This document shows positions 57,990 through 64,000 of a DNA stretch of 64,000 nt, piece by piece (positions within the stretch are counted from its first letter, which is position 1; every line of letters begins with the position of its first letter). Origin of the DNA: Deltaproteobacteria bacterium (GTDB taxonomy: Bacteria > Myxococcota_A > Polyangia > Fen-1088); NCBI GenBank assembly GCA_033763315.1, contig JANRKS010000032.1:320001-384000 (forward strand), in the 5' to 3' direction. Below the pieces are notes generated by a model. The model did not search any database. It was not told where the DNA came from and saw nothing but the letters and a program-made list of their open reading frames with translations. The position numbers were made by a program, and so were the translations under genes.

Positions 57990-59033
57990 TTGCCGGCCGT
58001 GCCCACCCTCATCGAAGGCCCGTACTTTCGTGACATAGCTGCACAGCCACAGGCGCTGCAGGCCACCTGGCAATCGCTGGTGCCTTCGCAATCGCTCCTT
58101 GAGTGGGGCAAAGCGCTGATGGCCTCGCAGGCGCCGCTTGTGCTCACGGGCATGGGCGCTTCGCTGTCAGCCTTGGTGCCGCTGCAGTTGAAGCTGATCG
58201 AAGCGGGCCTGTGCCCCGTGTTGATTGAGACGAGCGAGCTGATTCACCACGCGTGGCCCCTGGTTCGTCCTGGCGCGACGGTGATTGCGGTTTCGCAATC
58301 GGGACGCAGCGCCGAAACGGTTCGCCTCCTTGAGCGCGTGCCCGCGGGTGTGCGGTTGATTGGTGTGACCAATGACGCCACGTCTGATTTGGCCACGCGT
58401 GCCTCCCTGGCCCTTGTCACGAGCGCCGGGCCCGAGGCCACGGTTTCGTGCAAGACGTACGTGAGCACGCTGATGGCGCTTGAGTGGTTGGGCGCGCAGT
58501 TGGTCAATGAGGATCTGCAAGTGGCACACGAAGAGTTGGCGCAGGCTTCACCGCTGGTGGCGACCGTTGTGGGCAGCCTGCGCGAACGCGTCGACGCGCT
58601 TACGGCCATCTTGGTGGACACCGCCTTGATCTATTTCGCTGGCCGTGGCGCTTCGTTAGGATCGGCAACCTGCGCAGGCCTCATCACAAAAGAGGCCGTG
58701 CACTTTCCGGCGGAAGGGCTATCGAGCGCCGCCTTTCGCCACGGACCGCTTGAAATGGTGGGGCCCCAAGTGTTTTTGGTTGTGTTCGAGGGCACAGGGG
58801 ATGCCGCGGCGTTGAACAAAAACCTGGTGGGCGAAGTGGTGCGGCGAGGGGGCCGCGCCGCTTTGTGTGGCCCAAACGGTGAGGGCCCGTTTGCGTTGCC
58901 CGCGGGCGCCGCGCGGCTTTTGCCGATGCTTGAGATCCTGGTGGCGCAGCAGATCACTTTGGCGCTGTCGGCGCGGGTGGGGCGCGAGGCCGGCAAATTT
59001 AGCCACGCATCCAAGATCACGGCCGTTGAATAG
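57990..59033 (+). CDS. Double SIS-domain sugar-phosphate isomerase/deaminase (GlmS-C/AgaS/FrlB-like)
   Basis: QPQAL, GMGAS, SQSGRSAET, KE...AEG...FRHGP, KIT. Confidence 0.85.
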   Translation: MPAVPTLIEGPYFRDIAAQPQALQATWQSLVPSQSLLEWGKALMASQAPLVLTGMGASLSALVPLQLKLIEAGLCPVLIETSELIHHAWPLVRPGATVIAVSQSGRSAETVRLLERVPAGVRLIGVTNDATSDLATRASLALVTSAGPEATVSCKTYVSTLMALEWLGAQLVNEDLQVAHEELAQASPLVATVVGSLRERVDALTAILVDTALIYFAGRGASLGSATCAGLITKEAVHFPAEGLSSAAFRHGPLEMVGPQVFLVVFEGTGDAAALNKNLVGEVVRRGGRAALCGPNGEGPFALPAGAARLLPMLEILVAQQITLALSARVGREAGKFSHASKITAVE

Positions 59034-59044
59034 CGATAGACAGG

Positions 59045-59764
59045 TTGCTGACATACCTCGATCCACAGCCCACGGCGCTTGAGCTGCCGCGGTGTTTGCC
59101 AAATCCGTTTGCCTCGCAGCCGCACCTCGTGGCGCGGCGTGCGGCCGAGCACTTGCAACAACAACTGCAGACAGGTCTGCTGCCGAGCGACGCGTTCACG
59201 TGTAAGCGTGGCGGCAAGATGTTGGGTGTGCTTGTGGTGGCCGATGCCCGTGGCAACGTTGGTTACACGAAAAGCTTTTCGGGCATGATGCAAAAGTCAT
59301 GGCACGTGCCAGGCTTTGTGGGCCCCGTGTTCGACGCGGCCGCGCGCGACGCCGTATGGCCGGCGGGCTTGGCAAGCTTGGCAGCGTTTGATCGGCGGCT
59401 GCTGCAACTCACAGAGCCTAACGATGTGCTGACACTCAAGCGGCAAAAGGCCGATTGCTCGCGCGCGCTGCTTGAACACTTGTTTGCGGGTTACCAGTTT
59501 AAGAACGCGCGCGACGAAATCCGGTCTCTGCGTCACATCTTTGCGCCGCAAGCCCCGCCAGGCGGCGCGGGCGATTGTGCCGCGCCAAAACTGTTCAAAC
59601 ACGCGCTTGCTCATAGTTTGCGGCCGATCGCCCTGGCCGAGTTTTGGTGGGGCGCGGTCGTGGGCGCGCGCGGCCGCGTGCCAGGCGGTTATTACCCGGC
59701 CTGTGACGACAAATGTGGTCCTGTGCTTGGCCACATGTTGCAAGGGATCACGATGAGCCCTTAA
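59045..59764 (+). CDS. Stand-alone homologue of the N-terminal region of long RluA-type pseudouridine synthases
   Basis: GKMLGVLVV, FSG, FVGPVFD, PPGGAGDCAAPKL, AEFWWG, YPACDDKC; no HRLD catalytic domain. Confidence 0.7.
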   Translation: MLTYLDPQPTALELPRCLPNPFASQPHLVARRAAEHLQQQLQTGLLPSDAFTCKRGGKMLGVLVVADARGNVGYTKSFSGMMQKSWHVPGFVGPVFDAAARDAVWPAGLASLAAFDRRLLQLTEPNDVLTLKRQKADCSRALLEHLFAGYQFKNARDEIRSLRHIFAPQAPPGGAGDCAAPKLFKHALAHSLRPIALAEFWWGAVVGARGRVPGGYYPACDDKCGPVLGHMLQGITMSP

Positions 59765-61029
59765 GCGGAAGCGGGAAGCGTGACGATAAACCGGCTGCCG
59801 CCCCCTTCGCGTGCCGCATAAACCACGTCGCCGTTGTGGTAGCGCGCCACCTGCCTCACCAAAGCCAAACCAAGGCCCGTGCCAGGTGATGGTTCCGAGC
59901 GCCGCGGCCTGTAAAACGGTGCGAATATTTTGTCGCGCTCCGCCGCCGGCACGCCAGGCCCACGATCCTCGACCGTCAGAACCACCTGGTTGTTTTCCTC
60001 TACGAGTGACGCGCGTACGTCTTTGCCTTGCCCGTGGGCGACGGCGTTTTCGAGAAGATTGCGCACGAGGTGCCGCAGCATTGAGGCGTCGCCCGCGAGC
60101 ATAACGGCTCCCGCCACCGGGCCCTCATACACAGCGTGGCAGCGCTCGGCTTCTGACTGCACCACGGTGCACACGTCCACGGATTCAAACGGCCGTCGGT
60201 GCGCCTGCGCGTCGGCGCGCGAAACCAGCAACACGTCTTCCACAAGTGCGTCCAATTCAACAATGTCTTGCGTGGCCCGTTCGATGAGGCGCTGGCGATC
60301 GGCAACGTCCGTTGATTCGCCGATCAATTCAAGCGCCATGCGCAAGCGGGTGAGCGGCGAACGCAATTCGTGCGAGGCATTCGCCAACATTTCGCGCTGC
60401 TGTGTGATCAACGATTCGATGCGCGCCGCCGCTTGATTAAATGATTGAGTCACACGTGCCACTTCGTCTTTGCCATCCACGTGCAGCCGCGAGTTAAGTT
60501 CGCCTTGCCCCCAGCGCTTGACGCCCGCATCCAGCGCTTCAAGCCGCCGCGTGATCGTGCGTGCGATGGGGTAACAACCCAGGGCCATTCCCAGCGCCAC
60601 GATCAACAGCACCATGCCCATGTGAGGCGCAGGGTTGTGCCGGCCGCGCTCACGAATCGCCACGCGCGCGCCCCGATCCAGCTCAACCACGAAACCAAGC
60701 TCGCCTTTGTGGCGAAACCAGCCGGGCCGCAATTCAGGTTGTGTTGGCCACGCGTCTTTGGCCGCGTTGCCCAGCACGCGTCCGTCGGGGGCCATCACCA
60801 AAATGTCCACGCCCAACTCACCGGCCAAGCGGCGCAGGCTCTGCTCGAAATCTGGGGAGCGGGGCGGCGGCAAACCACGCATCGCCATGCGCGCCGCGGA
60901 TCGCAAATACCGCGCAGGAGGGCCGCCAGGCTCGTTAAAGGATCGAAATGCCATGCCGGCCGCAAACAGGCACGCCACCGTGACCGCCATGAAGGCGACG
61001 TAAAGCTGCAAGTAAAGCCGACGATTCAC
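59761..61029 (-). CDS. Sensor histidine kinase (HAMP-HisKA-HATPase)
   Basis: ASHELRSPL, NLLENA, DRGPG, FAPFYR, GTGLGL. Confidence 0.95.
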   Translation of the reverse strand: MNRRLYLQLYVAFMAVTVACLFAAGMAFRSFNEPGGPPARYLRSAARMAMRGLPPPRSPDFEQSLRRLAGELGVDILVMAPDGRVLGNAAKDAWPTQPELRPGWFRHKGELGFVVELDRGARVAIRERGRHNPAPHMGMVLLIVALGMALGCYPIARTITRRLEALDAGVKRWGQGELNSRLHVDGKDEVARVTQSFNQAAARIESLITQQREMLANASHELRSPLTRLRMALELIGESTDVADRQRLIERATQDIVELDALVEDVLLVSRADAQAHRRPFESVDVCTVVQSEAERCHAVYEGPVAGAVMLAGDASMLRHLVRNLLENAVAHGQGKDVRASLVEENNQVVLTVEDRGPGVPAAERDKIFAPFYRPRRSEPSPGTGLGLALVRQVARYHNGDVVYAAREGGGSRFIVTLPASA

Positions 61030-61733
61030 GTGGGCTCTCCCCGCCGTGGGGGCGAGAACACATAACCGGCGCCCCGCACAGTTTGAACAAAGCGAGGCTG
61101 CTTTGGATCTTCTTCAATCGCGCTGCGAATGCGCGAGATGTGCACGTCGATGCTGCGATCCACGCTGCTGTCAAAATCACCTGCGCCCAAGGCTTCCATG
61201 ATCTGTTCGCGGCTTTGCACGCGCCCCGCGCGTTCGGCCAACAACCACAAAAGGTCGAATTGCCGGCCCGTGAGATCCGCGCGCTGATCGTTGACGAGCA
61301 CAGCGCGTGCGTCCTTATCGATCACCAAGCGGCCAAACCGCAGGACTGTGCCTTCAGTTTTGGCGCTGCCCCGCGTACGCCGCAACACGGCGGTCAGCCG
61401 CGCCAGCAACTCGCGCGGGTTGAACGGTTTGGGCAAATAATCGTCGGCGCCAAGTTCGAGGCCCACGATGCGATCCAGATCGTCGCCTCGTGCGGTTAAC
61501 ATCAGGATGGGCACTTGGCTGTGGGCACGCACTTGCCGGCACACCTCGAAGCCATCGATGCCTGGCATCATGACGTCCAAAATCACGGCGTCGAATCTTC
61601 CTGTGAGTGCCGCCGCCAAGCCGTCTTTCCCATTCGCCCTGTGTGAAGCTTCGAAGCCTCGGCCCCGCAGATACACCAGCAACATCTCGGCCAAGCGTTC
61701 GTCGTCGTCGACCAATAAGATGTGTTCGGCCAT
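61026..61733 (-). CDS. OmpR/CpxR-family response regulator
   Basis: LVDDD, LDVMMPG, GADDYLPKPF, DRSIDVHISRIR, TVRGAGY. Confidence 0.96.
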   Translation of the reverse strand: MAEHILLVDDDERLAEMLLVYLRGRGFEASHRANGKDGLAAALTGRFDAVILDVMMPGIDGFEVCRQVRAHSQVPILMLTARGDDLDRIVGLELGADDYLPKPFNPRELLARLTAVLRRTRGSAKTEGTVLRFGRLVIDKDARAVLVNDQRADLTGRQFDLLWLLAERAGRVQSREQIMEALGAGDFDSSVDRSIDVHISRIRSAIEEDPKQPRFVQTVRGAGYVFSPPRRGEPT

Positions 61734-61812
61734 GGCGTGTGAAGTTTCTATAAGGATGCCACCGTGGCAAGAGCGCTATCGTAACCCAGCTCTTGCCACG
61801 GCACGAACGTGG

Positions 61813-62367
61813 TTAAAAGCCGAACGGGCCGCCCGGGCCAGGGCCGTGGCCATGACCTCGCCCATGCGCCATGTGCTCCGCCAATTGTTGACGTTGCGCC
61901 TGAGTCAGGATCTGCCCCACCTGCAACGCCACCTCGGCAAACACCCGTGACGATTTATCGGCTTGCGCCACCATCTTGCTTCGCACGCCTTCCACAGCCG
62001 TGGCATCAAGGTTTGGCGCGGTCATCAAGGCACGCATGGACTCGTGCAATTGCTTTCGCTCTTGGTGCATCGCCTGCATTTGTGCTTTGTGATTTGCGAA
62101 CACGGCCTTGATTTGAGTCTCCTGCTGCGGCGTCGCGTTCAAGTGCTCAAGCATGCGGGACAGCCGCTTCTCCATAAACTTCTCGCGTTGCTCTTGCGTG
62201 GGCGCGCCATCTTTGCCGTGCCCCCAGCCGCCGCCGCCAGCCAAGGCGGTTGTGGCAAAAACGCCACTGAGGGCCAACGCCGGTAAGCCCACCTTCAACC
62301 AACGCCAACCGGCCAACGACCGGCCCTTGTTCACAGCAACCTTAGGTGCATCATTTTCATACGACAT
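61813..62367 (-). CDS. Spy/CpxP-family periplasmic protein
   Basis: ATG 62367 with AGGAG RBS; signal segment; LNATPQQ and ILTQAQR (LTxxQ motifs). Confidence 0.85.
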   Translation of the reverse strand: MSYENDAPKVAVNKGRSLAGWRWLKVGLPALALSGVFATTALAGGGGWGHGKDGAPTQEQREKFMEKRLSRMLEHLNATPQQETQIKAVFANHKAQMQAMHQERKQLHESMRALMTAPNLDATAVEGVRSKMVAQADKSSRVFAEVALQVGQILTQAQRQQLAEHMAHGRGHGHGPGPGGPFGF

Positions 62368-62456
62368 GGTTTCTCTCCTTGTTGCGGAAGCGCCGTTTTG
62401 CGCCCCGTCTATGGATTCACTATGTCGCCCGGCTTTTGCTGGCGTTTGTAGCCTGC

Positions 62457-62471
62457 GTAAAGATATGTAAA
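62457..62471. promoter_or_regulatory. CpxR-type box GTAAA-N5-GTAAA
   Basis: Exact match, 90 nt upstream of the CpxP-like gene. Confidence 0.7.
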
Positions 62472-62544
62472 GCGGCCTAAGTGGTGGTGACACAAGGGCT
62501 TTGCTTCCTGGGCGGGTGCAAAGGCTGCTAGGCTCAGGCCGCCG

Positions 62545-63690
62545 ATGTTGCCGTTTATTGACCCCCGACGTGAAGCCCTGCGAGGCCAAGTGGCGGCGTT
62601 CGCGGCCAGCTTGCCGAGGGAGGAGCCGGAGCTCGGGCGTCCCCTGGCATTGCAAGCGTTGGCGGCCTTGGCCGAAGCTGGGATTTTGCAGGCGGTCGTG
62701 CCGGCACGTTTTGGTGGCGCTGCGCCGCAAGTGGAATCCCTGTCGTTGGTGGTGGTGCGCGAGGGCCTGGCGGGAATGTCTTCGCTGCATGACGTGTTGT
62801 TTGCGGTGCAGGGGTTGGCGGCGCACCCATTGGCGGCGGCGAACCCTGCGGTGGCCGCGCGGTGGTTGCCTGCTTTGGCGCAAGGGCAAGCGATCGGCGC
62901 GTTTGCGGCCACCGAAGCAGAAGCTGGCTCAGATCTCAATGGCATGACCACAACAGCCACGCGCGACGGCGACGACTATGTCCTTAACGGCCACAAAGTT
63001 TTCATTTCGAACGCCGGTTTGGCGGACGTCTACATTGTGTTCGCCAAACATCCCTCAGAAGAGCAACGTGCGCCCACGTGCTTGTCGGCATTCGTTGTGC
63101 CAGCCGACGCGGTTGGTGTGCAGACGCATCCGATGGACTTGATGGCCGCGCATGCGATTGGTGGCGTGTGGCTGCGCGACGTGCGCGTGCCTGTCTCGCA
63201 TCGCGTGGGTGCGGAAGGCGATGGCATGTCGCTGTGTCTATCCACGCTTGAACTTTATCGCCCCACGGTGGGCGCCGCCGCGTGTGGTATGGCCGCGCGG
63301 GCTTTGGCCGAAACGCAAAAGCGCGTGCAAGTGCGAAAGCAGTTTGGGCAAGCCTTGGCGGCGCAGCCCACCGTGCGTTTCGCTTTGGCCGACATGGCCA
63401 CAAGCCTTGAGGCCGCACGCGGACTCGTGTATCGCGCGGCTTGGAGCAAAGAGCACCAGCCGGCGGGTTCACACGATGTGCGCCGCTTGGCCGCGATGGC
63501 GAAGCTGCACGCCACCGAGGCAGCGTGTGCCATAGTGGATCAAGCGCTTCAGCTTCACGGGGCCGCGGGTTTGGTGAAGGGCGGCATCATTGAACGCTTG
63601 TACCGCGACGTGCGTGCCTTGAGAATTTACGAAGGCACCAGCGAAATTCAGCGACTGTTGATTGCGCGCACCTATTTAGGGGGCAAGTGA
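62545..63690 (+). CDS. Acyl-CoA dehydrogenase
   Basis: AFAATEAEAGSD, LNGHKVFISNAG, RKQFG, MAKL, LQLHG, YRDVRALRIYEGTSEIQR. Confidence 0.94.
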   Translation: MLPFIDPRREALRGQVAAFAASLPREEPELGRPLALQALAALAEAGILQAVVPARFGGAAPQVESLSLVVVREGLAGMSSLHDVLFAVQGLAAHPLAAANPAVAARWLPALAQGQAIGAFAATEAEAGSDLNGMTTTATRDGDDYVLNGHKVFISNAGLADVYIVFAKHPSEEQRAPTCLSAFVVPADAVGVQTHPMDLMAAHAIGGVWLRDVRVPVSHRVGAEGDGMSLCLSTLELYRPTVGAAACGMAARALAETQKRVQVRKQFGQALAAQPTVRFALADMATSLEAARGLVYRAAWSKEHQPAGSHDVRRLAAMAKLHATEAACAIVDQALQLHGAAGLVKGGIIERLYRDVRALRIYEGTSEIQRLLIARTYLGGK

Positions 63691-63693
63691 AGC

Positions 63694-64000
63694 ATGTTTG
63701 GTTTGATTGCACGCACGGGTTTCTTGGCGCTGCTGGGCGTGGCGGCGGGGCTCATCTTAAACGGTGTGCGCCCTGATGGCGTGGCCCTTAACGGGGGGCC
63801 GCCTGCAGCCGCCTGCCAATTGACCACGGTCGCACAACCGGTGGAACGGTTGACCCCCGCGCAGGCCAATGCCTTGTGTGGCAACCCGAATGTTTTGATC
63901 GCCGATGCTCGCTCGCCTGAGAGTTTTGCCGAGGGCCACGTGGCGGGCGCGGTGCACCTGCCTTGTGCGGCTCCCGGGGGCGTGGCGCAAGGGATCCCAG
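63694..64000 (+). CDS. Rhodanese-like membrane-anchored protein (runs off window)
   Basis: ATG 63694; N-terminal TM; IADARSPESFAEGHVAGAVHLP. Confidence 0.8.
   Translation, partial: MFGLIARTGFLALLGVAAGLILNGVRPDGVALNGGPPAAACQLTTVAQPVERLTPAQANALCGNPNVLIADARSPESFAEGHVAGAVHLPCAAPGGVAQGIP

Noticed and set aside
62368-62889. N-terminal extension of ORF 61813..62889
   Set aside because: Antisense to the acyl-CoA dehydrogenase; RBS supports a start at 62367

Overview
GC-rich bacterial chromosome segment. Its gene content (eukaryotic-like Ser/Thr kinases, an FHA-sigma54 activator, lipoproteins with Asp/Ala/Gly linkers, a TonB-domain-fused receptor) suggests Myxococcota; that assignment is inference. 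The housekeeping backbone is metH, rsmI, an RlmM-like methyltransferase, fabH, PBP1A, tpx, a Cpx-like CpxP/RR/HK module, an ExbBD-TonB-TBDT operon and an orphan vgrG. There are two accessory regions. (1) At 7.9-23.2 kb, three paralogous Ser/Thr kinase-STAND(AAA) proteins (two with compositionally atypical TPR-like C-termini) cluster with an FHA-sigma54 activator carrying an atypical GAHSQA loop. They also surround a 24-aa ORF absent from the ORF track (MKIKSKSGVRAGGLTSSNHNRTLL) that has its own RBS, operator-like repeats and terminator. This is the best candidate for an undescribed peptide/NLR-like kinase signalling system. (2) At 30.5-36.3 kb, a 5.5-kb islet (MNT-HEPN TA, IS91-like remnant, M16 peptidase, Sel1 lipoprotein) is bounded by a 91-bp direct repeat that duplicates the MATE 3' end and the GH3 start. 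No rRNA, tRNA or CRISPR array was recognised. All calls come from motif reading; no database searches were run.
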